DNA of 64,000 bases, from IMG/VR virus record IMGVR_UViG_3300036446_000021, one strand, 5' to 3'. Below are positions 56,008-64,000 of this stretch, in pieces. The notes under the pieces are model-generated. The model searched no databases, was not told where the DNA came from, and worked only from the letters and a program-made list of their open reading frames with translations. This DNA comes from a virus. Each line of letters opens with the position of its first letter. Positions within the stretch are counted from its first letter, which is position 1. Made by a program: the position numbers and the translations under genes.

Positions 56008-57336
56008 ATGATATTGGGATACGCTCGCGAATCGACGCTTAAAGCGGAGCAAGATCAAGCTCTAGCTTGGCAAATACAGCGGCTACAGCGGTATGGCTGC
56101 GATCGCATCCTTACCGATCGTATGAGTGGAGCCAGCAAAAAGCGACCTGGCTACAAAGAACTACTAGCACTAATCGATTCAGACAACGTTACAGAGGTGG
56201 TCGTTTGCTCGGTTACCAGGCTAGGGCGATCAACTCGTCAAATGGTAGATGCGATCGATCTCTTTGCTGAGAAGAAAGTTAAATTTACTTCACTTGACGG
56301 CAAAATTGACATTGACACAGCATCAGGCAGGGCAAACGTACAGATGCAAGCTGTTTTTGCACAGCTAGAGCGCGAGTTAATCCAAGAAAGGATCAACGCG
56401 GGCTACGACGGCATCCGAGCAAATAGAATGCCGATTCACGCCCCCTTTGGCTACAGAATCATTGACAAGCGGTTAGAAATCGATGTAGACGTGGAAACCA
56501 TTGCACGGTGGATACGGCAATCAGTCATTGATGTTGGCCTGATCAAAACGACTCAAGCCATAAACCTCAATCACAAAGATTTGACTAAGATCCCACGATC
56601 GCCTGGCGGCATCAAGACCTGGCTGCAATGCGAGACTATCTACGGCAACCTTTGGTACGACCGTCACAATCGACGGGGCAAAACAAAAATTTACTACAAC
56701 AACCATCCTGCCCTTTTCACTCAGCAAGAGCGTTTAGAAGTTGAAGAGTCTTTAAGCTTTCGGCAAAAACATCATGGTTTCAAGTCTGATCCAGTGCGGT
56801 TTCCCTTAACTGGCTTAATCTATTGTGCTGAGTGTGGCAGCAGTATGTCTGTCTCCTATAAGCACGATCGGGTTAACCCCATAGTTTATTACCGTTGCTA
56901 TAAAGGAGTGCGGCGATCGTGCCCTAACAATAAGTACATGAATACTGACAACATTCAAAAAGCAATCATTATCGCTTTAGTAGACAGATCTGAAACCATT
57001 GCTGCACGAGCCATTCAAGCAGAACAAAAAGTAGCTGAAAACCCTGGGCTTTTGGAGCTTAGAAAACAATTGATTGCTTTAGTAAAGCTGCCTACAAACT
57101 TTCATATCGAGGCCGCGATCGCAGGTATTCAATCCGATATAGCTGAAATCGAAGTTGCTGCGTCTAAACAAGAAATTACGCTACAGCCGGATAGAGAGAA
57201 AGCATTAAAAGCATGTTCTAATCCAACTTTCTGGATTGAGCTAAAACCAGAAGACAAGCATTCAATTTACCGACTACTTGTGAAGCGAGTGGTTTGCCGA
57301 AGGAACAGCATCGAAACTGTTGAGCTTTGGGTCTAG
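56008..57336 (+). CDS. Large serine recombinase (phage integrase)
   Basis: LGYARES catalytic motif, DRMSGA, VTRLGR, ERELIQER, APFGY, zinc ribbon CAECG...YYRC...C, coiled coil. Confidence 0.92.
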   Translation: MILGYARESTLKAEQDQALAWQIQRLQRYGCDRILTDRMSGASKKRPGYKELLALIDSDNVTEVVVCSVTRLGRSTRQMVDAIDLFAEKKVKFTSLDGKIDIDTASGRANVQMQAVFAQLERELIQERINAGYDGIRANRMPIHAPFGYRIIDKRLEIDVDVETIARWIRQSVIDVGLIKTTQAINLNHKDLTKIPRSPGGIKTWLQCETIYGNLWYDRHNRRGKTKIYYNNHPALFTQQERLEVEESLSFRQKHHGFKSDPVRFPLTGLIYCAECGSSMSVSYKHDRVNPIVYYRCYKGVRRSCPNNKYMNTDNIQKAIIIALVDRSETIAARAIQAEQKVAENPGLLELRKQLIALVKLPTNFHIEAAIAGIQSDIAEIEVAASKQEITLQPDREKALKACSNPTFWIELKPEDKHSIYRLLVKRVVCRRNSIETVELWV

Positions 57337-57337
57337 A

Positions 57338-57496
57338 TTAAGCGGCTTTTCGCAAGGCTGTTTCCAAATAGGCTTTTAACTGCGGCTCAGCTTTGTGCCA
57401 GTCAGGATGACCAGCAACAATCTTAGCTATTTTTTCTAAAGCTTCTTGACGCTCGGTAAAAGCTTGAATGTTTTCGTTTAACAATTGCCAGGTCAT
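57338..57496 (-). CDS. Small hypothetical protein (52 aa, not in the ORF track)
   Basis: Hand translation MTWQLLNENIQAFTERQEALEKIAKIVAGHPDWHKAEPQLKAYLETALRKAA*; start overlaps the upstream stop. Confidence 0.55.
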   Translation of the reverse strand: MTWQLLNENIQAFTERQEALEKIAKIVAGHPDWHKAEPQLKAYLETALRKAA

Positions 57497-57693
57497 TATT
57501 TTCCGTCCTTACAATTAATTGGCTTTGCCATCACTTTCAAACACCCTTTGCATGTCACTGTTTGCGGATTGCTATTGCTGCTTATAGTGCTGCTGTGCCA
57601 GCGTCCACCTGCACGAAGGTCAGCTTTGCAGGGAATCCCGATGTAATGGATGCGTTTCTTAGTCATTGGTGCGATCGTCTTCCTTAAATTCAA
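57496..57693 (-). CDS. Small Cys/His-containing hypothetical protein
   Basis: HYIGIPC...VTCKGC. Confidence 0.45.
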   Translation of the reverse strand: MNLRKTIAPMTKKRIHYIGIPCKADLRAGGRWHSSTISSNSNPQTVTCKGCLKVMAKPINCKDGK

Positions 57694-57931
57694 AACCTAG
57701 CCAATCCAAATCTGTGCGTTCAATTGTCCAAATGAGGCTACCTTCTACTGGCTTAAAACCCTTTTCATCAAACTCTTTGTTTAAGAGATCGAGGCTTGTT
57801 CTTTGCTGTAGGCCAAGAATAGAGATTGCCATTAACGGTGGTAGTGCTGGATAGTTGTAATGCTGCCAGTAGCGCACATAATAACTGTTAGCCAAAAGCC
57901 GTACAATGGTGGTGAACTCTTTTAATGTCAT
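57659..57931 (-). CDS. Hypothetical early protein
   Basis: Overlapping minus-strand run. Confidence 0.45.
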   Translation of the reverse strand: MTLKEFTTIVRLLANSYYVRYWQHYNYPALPPLMAISILGLQQRTSLDLLNKEFDEKGFKPVEGSLIWTIERTDLDWLGFEFKEDDRTND

Positions 57932-58218
57932 GTGCGATTGGTTCCATAAATGAACGCTCCAAGCTCATTGGTGTCATTGTCGTCACCGCCTGAGATTATT
58001 GGCTCGTCCCAAACAGGATCATCATCAAGGCGGACGCAGGTGATGACTTCGGCCAAATTCAGCAGGGCTTTAACTAACGACTGACCGTCAGCGCTAATAG
58101 AACTACCATTTGGAACATCGTTTTCAACGCGGAGAATGACCCTGCCATTTGCTTCCCATACTTGGAGCTTGATGTTTTTAATCATTGCGATCGCCCTCCA
58201 TGCCTTCAAGCCGTTCAA
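57928..58218 (-). CDS. Hypothetical early protein
   Basis: Overlapping minus-strand run. Confidence 0.5.
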   Translation of the reverse strand: MNGLKAWRAIAMIKNIKLQVWEANGRVILRVENDVPNGSSISADGQSLVKALLNLAEVITCVRLDDDPVWDEPIISGGDDNDTNELGAFIYGTNRT

Positions 58219-58516
58219 TCAAAGCAATCAGTCTGTTTTCGACAGGGACCATTGTTTCTTTGACAATGGTTTCGATGACGTCAGAATGATCGACCTCAAA
58301 AACATCAGAGTCATCATCACAATCAGTGTCTTCTATCTCGCCGAACACAACTTCCCCAAGATTGTTTGTAGCTCGTTCTAAATCTTGCAGGCACTGGACA
58401 AAAGAAGAGATTGTGCTTGCGCTAGCGTTGGCTTCAACAAGGGGCGCTAGGCGCGATTGGATAAAGCTTTCTACTTCACAAATTAGGCTCAGAATCTTTT
58501 CGTTATCTCGGTTCAT
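58178..58516 (-). CDS. Acidic hypothetical early protein
   Basis: Overlapping minus-strand run; D/E-rich. Confidence 0.5.
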   Translation of the reverse strand: MNRDNEKILSLICEVESFIQSRLAPLVEANASASTISSFVQCLQDLERATNNLGEVVFGEIEDTDCDDDSDVFEVDHSDVIETIVKETMVPVENRLIALIERLEGMEGDRND

Positions 58517-58594
58517 TCGCTTTCCTCAATTTCATCAATTGGTAAACCTGATTAAGAGCGGCATCGCTACCTGATGGCGATAAATTACTAACTG

Positions 58595-58990
58595 TCATTG
58601 CAGTCGGTTTGCTTTCCAAGTGGCTCTTAACGCATTGGAAAGCTGCATATACCGTGAACCAACACGTGATGCAAAACTAGGCAAAACGTATAGACAAATC
58701 CGTGCAAGTTTGCGCCACGCTTCTTGCTGCGTCTCCGTTAACGCCTGCCAATGGTAGAACCCTTCACCTAGTAACGTCTGCGGTTCAAGTTCAAGATAAT
58801 CCCATTGCTCGGAATCGACTAGCCAAGGTACTGTGCTGATACAACCTGAGCCTAGACGACTATTCTCGAATAGAACTCTTGCAAGCCACTCAATATCAGA
58901 GGCTTGTTGATTGCCTTTAAGCGACGCACCAAGGTTATGCAAAGTACAAGCAGCAGCGTCTAGTTCCAATGCTTCTTTAGAAAAATCCAC
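58595..58990 (-). CDS. Hypothetical early protein
   Basis: 131-aa ORF with 1-nt overlap to the upstream gene. Confidence 0.55.
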   Translation of the reverse strand: MDFSKEALELDAAACTLHNLGASLKGNQQASDIEWLARVLFENSRLGSGCISTVPWLVDSEQWDYLELEPQTLLGEGFYHWQALTETQQEAWRKLARICLYVLPSFASRVGSRYMQLSNALRATWKANRLQ

Positions 58991-59202
58991 TAAAGATCGC
59001 TCTCCTTAATTTCATCAGGCGGGTGCGGTGGAAAAACATTTTCCCAGTCTTCTATCACTTTTGCTTCGTCAACGTACTGGCTCTGCTCTAATACTTCCAG
59101 CTCGTCAGGCTGGCGCGGAAAGCGTAACTGGCAAGCGGAGATCGCTAGCACTGCGAGGGTTGAAAGAACGAAGCAGAGAGCAATGATCAGGCAAGGTGTC
59201 AT
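58990..59202 (-). CDS. Small membrane or lipoprotein-like protein
   Basis: MTPCLIIALCFVLSTLAVLAISAC. Confidence 0.5.
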   Translation of the reverse strand: MTPCLIIALCFVLSTLAVLAISACQLRFPRQPDELEVLEQSQYVDEAKVIEDWENVFPPHPPDEIKESDL

Positions 59203-59552
59203 GTGCGATCGTCCTCTTCTTTCAGCGCTTCAATTGCTCCTGTAAAGTGGCAGTAAGGTTTCTCAGGCTCAGCGACTGGGCGCTCATGCTGCCACTCATG
59301 GTATTGATTCAATTTCCCGTCAACCCGCAGCCATATAGCTTTTTCGTCAAGGTCGTGCGTCTCAACGACAAAGAGAATGGCAGCCATCACATCAGCTGCT
59401 TCATCTTGAAGGCGTTGCAAGAGCGATCCTTTACCATCAGGATGTTGATCTGTGTTGTAGTAAGCCGATTTTTTAGCAGCAATTTGAATGAGTTCGCCAC
59501 ACTCTTCCATCATTTTTGTTAAGCCATCTTGATGCATCATGTGCGATCGCAC
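59199..59552 (-). CDS. MazG-like nucleotide pyrophosphohydrolase
   Basis: LTKMMEECGELIQ and LQDEAADVMAAI supply the EExxE...ExxD metal-binding pattern. Confidence 0.75.
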   Translation of the reverse strand: MRSHMMHQDGLTKMMEECGELIQIAAKKSAYYNTDQHPDGKGSLLQRLQDEAADVMAAILFVVETHDLDEKAIWLRVDGKLNQYHEWQHERPVAEPEKPYCHFTGAIEALKEEDDRT

Positions 59553-59801
59553 TCCTGTTTTCTCATGGCATCAATCACTTCTTGAGCTTTGAAAAGCACT
59601 AGAACACCGTCATCACCAATATCAGCAAGGCATTGCCCGACTGGAGCGCCTTTGCCGTTCCAAAGTTTTTTCCTGCCGGAATTCGTAAATGAGCCTTTGA
59701 GAACAAGGCTGATTTTTTGCATCTGCTCCACCTAGAATTCCATGATTAATAGCGTGTTCGCATTTTTGAATTAATTGCTCTGGTGTCATTTGCCGCACTC
59801 C

Positions 59802-60080
59802 TTAAAACAGTAAATCATCATGTTTGTTGTGGCGGTTCTGCCACCAATGCTGCAAATAAAAACGACGACGCACTAACCATGAATGCAGAGTGTCAGCGTG
59901 GGGATGTGGACATCGATCGCAGTGCAGAACTGAGCCTCCATAACGCCTTTTGTATGAGCGTAATTTGTGACCGAGAAAGAAGCATTTTAAGTAACCGATC
60001 CAGCCGTGAAAAGTCATAGTGATCTTGCTCCAAAACTGCTTGAATAATAATCTTTGGTCAGTTTTTCGGTTAGCTTGCAC
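59802..60080 (-). CDS. Hypothetical protein with Cys/His motif
   Basis: CFFLGHK...CDRC. Confidence 0.45.
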   Translation of the reverse strand: MQANRKTDQRLLFKQFWSKITMTFHGWIGYLKCFFLGHKLRSYKRRYGGSVLHCDRCPHPHADTLHSWLVRRRFYLQHWWQNRHNKHDDLLF

Positions 60081-60089
60081 TTCAGATCC

Positions 60090-60866
60090 TCAGAATGGAA
60101 AATTATCAAACTGATAGTTTTTGATTAGCTCAAGCATTTGCTCACCTTCATTGAAATTTGACATTTCAACCGCCACCCGCACGGCATCAACTAACGACAC
60201 ACCCGAATGCACGATCGCTGCTTTCACCAACTCAGCAGGTTCTAAATGCTTGAGCAAACCTTGCAACTGAATCCGTGCCACCTGATCAACCTCTTCTGGC
60301 TCCCAACGGCTGCAAACGGGGCGTTCTTCGACTAAGCCATTTGCTTGCACGGGTCGGAGAGTTGGGTTTGCCTCGCCACACATTTCCCGCTTGGATTCTT
60401 CTGGCGTAATGGAAGGCGCACACACCTCAAGGCCCATTGATGCCAACTTCGCTTCAACCTCAAGCGACACGGCGGTAGTGGTTGGGTCGGACATGTAAAC
60501 CCGATCGCGCGGTACATCCGACGCCCGCTCCTCACCCCAAGTAATCCGCATCATGCCCTTGCCATTGGCAGCGATCGCCTGTCCTTCCACCACCCCACCG
60601 CCTGGATTGAACCAGACAGAAGTCGGATCAATGGGCTGATACTCGTAAGGGTTGCTCCCCTGATTTTCGTCCTCTAAGCCCTCTGTTTTGGTGGGGATGA
60701 TGCTAAGAAGATCGCTCGACTCGCTGAAAGATACAAATGCAAGCGCGATCGCTAACTGATGCAGCCTTGCTCTGATAACTTCCTCAGATGGCTCCCTAGT
60801 GCCCTCAGAAACATCTGAAGAGGTTTTGTGATGACAAGGCTGTTTATGTGGTTGCAATGTGTTCAT
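60090..60866 (-). CDS. Hypothetical early protein
   Basis: 258-aa ORF, ATGA overlap with the HNH gene. Confidence 0.55.
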   Translation of the reverse strand: MNTLQPHKQPCHHKTSSDVSEGTREPSEEVIRARLHQLAIALAFVSFSESSDLLSIIPTKTEGLEDENQGSNPYEYQPIDPTSVWFNPGGGVVEGQAIAANGKGMMRITWGEERASDVPRDRVYMSDPTTTAVSLEVEAKLASMGLEVCAPSITPEESKREMCGEANPTLRPVQANGLVEERPVCSRWEPEEVDQVARIQLQGLLKHLEPAELVKAAIVHSGVSLVDAVRVAVEMSNFNEGEQMLELIKNYQFDNFPF

Positions 60867-61354
60867 AGACTTTCCTGCTTAGCTTTTTTGCCGGAAACAT
60901 ATTCAGCCAAAGTCACTCCTTTTCTGTAGGCAATCCAAACATCGGCAATGGTCAAATCTTCTAGGCGTGCAACAAACAAGCAATGGCGGATGCGCTCTAA
61001 AACAACCTGTTTTTCGGCTTGTTTTGCTTTGATCGCCTGCTTCAACCTGCCTCTAAGATCCTCGTAGTCTTCTTCAGACCAATGCGGCGAGTTAAGAAGT
61101 CGTCTATAGCGGACAGCAAGTCTCGTAGCCAAAAAATCGGCTCTTTCGGCTATGGAATAAAACGAATAAGAACTTAAGAGGCTGTTACACTCGCTACAGC
61201 AAGGGATAACCGTTTTTTCTGATCTCCATGCTTTAGCGTGTCGTTTTTGACCAGAAGCGTAAGCAAACGGAATGACATGATCAAAACAATTTGCGGTATG
61301 TCCGCAGTAAGAACATTCCGATACAAGCGCGCTGACTTCTATAAAACCGCTCAT
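60863..61354 (-). CDS. HNH endonuclease (likely start ATG 61354)
   Basis: CSYCG...DHVIP...PCCSECNSLLS; the longer listed start crosses an operator-like region and a divergent gene. Confidence 0.82.
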   Translation of the reverse strand: MSGFIEVSALVSECSYCGHTANCFDHVIPFAYASGQKRHAKAWRSEKTVIPCCSECNSLLSSYSFYSIAERADFLATRLAVRYRRLLNSPHWSEEDYEDLRGRLKQAIKAKQAEKQVVLERIRHCLFVARLEDLTIADVWIAYRKGVTLAEYVSGKKAKQESL

Positions 61355-61355
61355 T

Positions 61356-61406
61356 GTTGCTACGATATTGCTACACATACCTTTATTGTAGCAACGTTGT
61401 AGCAAC
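61356..61406. promoter_or_regulatory. Operator-like repeats in a divergent promoter
   Basis: GTTGCTAC (61356) and TTGCTACA (61368) are inverted relative to tandem TTGTAGCAAC (61386, 61397). Confidence 0.65.
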
Positions 61407-61562
61407 ATGGTCAAAGAATTTATGCTCCGGGTTAGGCTGTCAGGTAGACAAAAGCGGCGATTGAAGTGGGCTGCAAGAGAACAGGATAAGGACATGTCTG
61501 AAGTGGTTAGAGAGCTTGTCAATCGATTGCCTGAACCGCCAGAAGACTGGCAAGAAGAATAG
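61407..61562 (+). CDS. Ribbon-helix-helix (CopG-like) regulator, 51 aa, not in the ORF track
   Basis: MVKEFMLRVRLSGRQKRRLKWAAREQDKDMSEVVRELVNRLPEPPEDWQEE*. Confidence 0.75.
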   Translation: MVKEFMLRVRLSGRQKRRLKWAAREQDKDMSEVVRELVNRLPEPPEDWQEE

Positions 61563-62523
61563 CAAGGCGTTGGGCTGTGGTGGGATCATGCTCTACCTGA
61601 TCAGATGCTTCTGTGGTAACGAACGAATGTTTTACCGCAAATCCTTTCCATTCCTCCTGCCATCGCTTCCAGGCTGAGGCGCGATCGCGAAAAGCAAGGG
61701 GGAAAGGAGCACCCATATCGTCACGCTCGACGGCACACCCTTTCTTCCAGCGACGGACGGTACCAATCTGGGAGTAGAGGGTCATGAGTTGTTCTAGCGT
61801 GGGAGTCGCGTGATCGCCGATCGCGGCAAATTGAGTCTCGATCGCTTCCGGTGAGAGTAGTGATGAGTTTTGAATACTCACTGATGAGTCTTGTACGTTT
61901 CGAGACTCATTTGGATGTTCAGCAGGCATAAGCGCCTTCTTGCTAATCGCTGCCAAAGCCTCAGTCAGCGTCAATTCCGTCATGCTGTCGGCTTGTGCTT
62001 CAAGTTGCTGTCGATGATGCCATAACCGGATCGCACGTTGCGCCTGTCGTTCAGTGATGCCCCGATCGCTCAACCAGGGTAGCCACCGACCGTAGCCACC
62101 AATTTCGGGTAAAGCTTTGGCCTCTAGAAGTTTTTCGCCTAAAGTTAGCGATCGCTGGAGTGCTGCTGTGCCAGCCTGCCGCATGGTGCTTTCGGCTTCT
62201 TCTGCCTCGGCCCAAATCGCCTCGATTTCAGTGGCAAGGCGATCGACAAGGTTGTCAGACTCTGCGATTGTCAGCGCGTCTTCTACTTGGCTATCGTCGA
62301 TCGCGGGTGCTTCCGGTGTGTCGATAATGGGTTCTGATTCTAGCTCTGGGGCGTCTCGTTCGACGGTGGCAGGGTTAAGGGCGATCGTCTTTTCACCCGT
62401 GCTGCATTTGATCCAATCATCGGTGGTGAAACCCTCAAAGGTACCCGTGTAAACATTTCCTTTGGCGGAAGTACCTGTGATGCGATCGCCCTTTTGCAGT
62501 AGCTGTTTAGTGGCTGTGGTCAT
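61519..62523 (-). CDS. DUF3102-like domain phage protein
   Basis: SLTLGEKLLEAKAL...YGRWLPWL...GITERQAQRAIRL. Confidence 0.65.
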   Translation of the reverse strand: MTTATKQLLQKGDRITGTSAKGNVYTGTFEGFTTDDWIKCSTGEKTIALNPATVERDAPELESEPIIDTPEAPAIDDSQVEDALTIAESDNLVDRLATEIEAIWAEAEEAESTMRQAGTAALQRSLTLGEKLLEAKALPEIGGYGRWLPWLSDRGITERQAQRAIRLWHHRQQLEAQADSMTELTLTEALAAISKKALMPAEHPNESRNVQDSSVSIQNSSLLSPEAIETQFAAIGDHATPTLEQLMTLYSQIGTVRRWKKGCAVERDDMGAPFPLAFRDRASAWKRWQEEWKGFAVKHSFVTTEASDQVEHDPTTAQRLAILLASLLAVQAID

Positions 62524-62568
62524 GGCTCAATTTCCGGTGTGAAGGGTAACTGAATGCGGGTCGGGTCT

Positions 62569-63315
62569 TTACCGTGACCCGTTGCTATGGGGGGAGAGTT
62601 CAATTGCGGCAGTCGGTTTCACTTGCTGAAAACTGACAACCCACACGTAAGGATTGCTAGCCCAGGGATATTTATCGGCATTAATGGAATTCCACAAGTC
62701 TTCATATGCAAGGCGTGAGCTAAGACACCAGCGCGACCAGTCCCAGCCGATATTGTCACCCCCTGGTAATCCGTCACGATCAGGGATGCCGTACTTCACG
62801 GTTTGCCCACCGTCCTTGGAGAGTGCTGCTAAACCTTCCGCGATCGCATCCTCTTCGCTGATGTCTTGGAGCCGTTGCACTCGCACGTTTGTAATTTCCA
62901 ATAAGAGTCGCGAGGCTTTACGAGGCATATGGATCGACGGCTTCCAGCCCGCTGTGCTGCCATCGGGTTCTGGCATTGGCTTGTTGCAGCGATACTGTCG
63001 ATCGGCTCGATAAGCAAAGCATTCATGCGTTTCAGACTTGGCTGGTCGCCAAGTCTCTCTCACCCAAAGGCGATCGCCAACCTTACCGTATGGGCATTGC
63101 ATCGCACTAAAACAACCTGTGTTAGCCGCGATCGCAATTAACTCGCCATCCTCAAGCTCAACATCTTTCCAGTTCTGAATCGCCCAGGATGGTAGCTTGG
63201 CTGCCCGTCTAGTCATCGTTTTCCGCCCTTCCAGAATGGCTTTTACCATTGCCCCAGAAAATAAAATCGGTCGTTCTCTTGCTGAGATCGTTGGTTCTAG
63301 CGTTGCGGTGCTCAT
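62569..63315 (-). CDS. ASCH/PUA-like domain phage protein
   Basis: ERPILFSGAMVKAILEGRKTMTRR, CPYGKVGDRLWVRETW, WKPSIHMPRKASR, ISEEDAIAEG, NPYVWVVSF. Confidence 0.82.
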   Translation of the reverse strand: MSTATLEPTISARERPILFSGAMVKAILEGRKTMTRRAAKLPSWAIQNWKDVELEDGELIAIAANTGCFSAMQCPYGKVGDRLWVRETWRPAKSETHECFAYRADRQYRCNKPMPEPDGSTAGWKPSIHMPRKASRLLLEITNVRVQRLQDISEEDAIAEGLAALSKDGGQTVKYGIPDRDGLPGGDNIGWDWSRWCLSSRLAYEDLWNSINADKYPWASNPYVWVVSFQQVKPTAAIELSPHSNGSR

Positions 63316-63320
63316 GGCTT

Positions 63321-63524
63321 TTAACGGTTAAAAATGGGGTGTTTAATCCAGGCGAGGAAGCGGTGACATTGTTGGCAGCGCCAGTCTTCGATGCCGATCT
63401 GGGTGACGGAGGGGTAGCGATCGAGGCTTTTGCAAGCGGGGCATTGAGCGGGCGGTGGTTTAATGTCGGGAGCGGTTTTCTGGCGACGTGACTTTGGTGG
63501 GTCGGGAATAGCAAGCTGGGTCAC
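63321..63524 (-). CDS. Small zinc-ribbon protein
   Basis: CPACKS...CQQCHRFLAWI. Confidence 0.55.
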   Translation of the reverse strand: MTQLAIPDPPKSRRQKTAPDIKPPPAQCPACKSLDRYPSVTQIGIEDWRCQQCHRFLAWIKHPIFNR

Positions 63525-63889
63525 AACGACTCCCTCACCCAGCGACCAGTAGCATCCAGCCAGCGGCGGCAGGTGGTATCGCTACCCACAAACTGCAAGC
63601 TGGTGATGCCTGTCGTGAACACAACCTGCCAGCACAACTCCTCTAGCTCTTGCCAGTAGGCAGGCTGGCAGATAGTAGCGGGACCTGGCTCGTACTGCAC
63701 AATCAGGAACGGTTGCACGCCAGGGACGTAGGCAAAGCGAAGGTTAGCACTGCCCAAGGCAATCATGGTGCGGTGGGAAAGTTGGCAAAAGAGGTGCTCC
63801 AAGATGCTGCTGCGGAGACTGGGAGAGCTTACCAATTGCTGAGCGGTATGGCAGCGGAAGGCGCGGGATGAAAGGTCGATCGTGCTCAT
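63521..63889 (-). CDS. Hypothetical early protein
   Basis: 122-aa ORF overlapping the next gene. Confidence 0.5.
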   Translation of the reverse strand: MSTIDLSSRAFRCHTAQQLVSSPSLRSSILEHLFCQLSHRTMIALGSANLRFAYVPGVQPFLIVQYEPGPATICQPAYWQELEELCWQVVFTTGITSLQFVGSDTTCRRWLDATGRWVRESL

Positions 63890-64000
63890 AGTTTTTGAAT
63901 CAGGGGTTGGAAGTAACGGAGGATGACGAGTAGCGCGTCTGTGCGTTAACGGGGATGGGGTCTGTCGGCTTTGCCTTCGAGGTAGTCAACGTCTCGCCCT

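Larger units (their letters stand above)
1..64000. mobile_element. Temperate long-tailed cyanobacterial phage or prophage; both ends lie outside the window
   Basis: Terminase, portal, capsid, tail tube, tape measure, tail fibres, serine recombinase, Xre repressor/antirepressor and dense small early ORFs; no host housekeeping genes recognised. Confidence 0.92.
1..64000. repeat. HIP1 octamer (GCGATCGC) dispersed through the window, a cyanobacterial host signature
   Basis: Many exact copies seen, e.g. 5408-5415, 7089-7096, 13086-13093, plus many CGATCG cores; not counted exhaustively. Confidence 0.9.

Noticed and set aside
61355-61522. 56-aa N-terminal extension of the HNH ORF
   Set aside because: Overlaps the operator repeats and the RHH gene on the other strand; ATG 61354 is the better start
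1-64000. HIP1 as a novel repeat; tRNA, rRNA or endolysin genes
   Set aside because: HIP1 is a well-known cyanobacterial octamer; no tRNA, rRNA or recognisable endolysin was found by eye, though a divergent one could be missed

Overview
The whole window looks like one temperate, long-tailed phage of a cyanobacterium: the HIP1 octamer GCGATCGC is dense throughout and no host housekeeping genes were recognised. It carries terminase, DUF1073-type portal, DUF2213-type prohead protein, scaffold, DUF2184-type major capsid, tail tube, tape measure, two tail-fibre clusters, a large serine recombinase, early genes and two TnpB-family elements. The strongest signal is an accessory cassette between the tail chaperone genes and the tape-measure gene. 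It has a stand-alone Cas7/RAMP-like gene (28056-28685, minus) followed at once by a 5-nt-periodic GGY-NN array (27958-28047). A second such array (26065-26173) lies beyond an IS607 element, with a 14-bp hairpin after it and a divergent Xre regulator upstream. This looks like a compact, non-CRISPR RNA-guided system. A second theme is head-protein polyproteins: the portal is fused to InPase-like and HipA-like kinase domains, and a 1394-aa protein carries ParB-like and GNAT domains. Module boundaries are marked by a recurrent [RKH]-x-D-[AS] motif that is also strongly enriched in the scaffold and prohead protein. The phage also encodes an EAL plus GGDEF c-di-GMP pair, a candidate nucleotide-sponge anti-defence protein, an acyltransferase-3 and a MazG-like protein. 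All family calls come from motif recognition by eye; no database searches were run.
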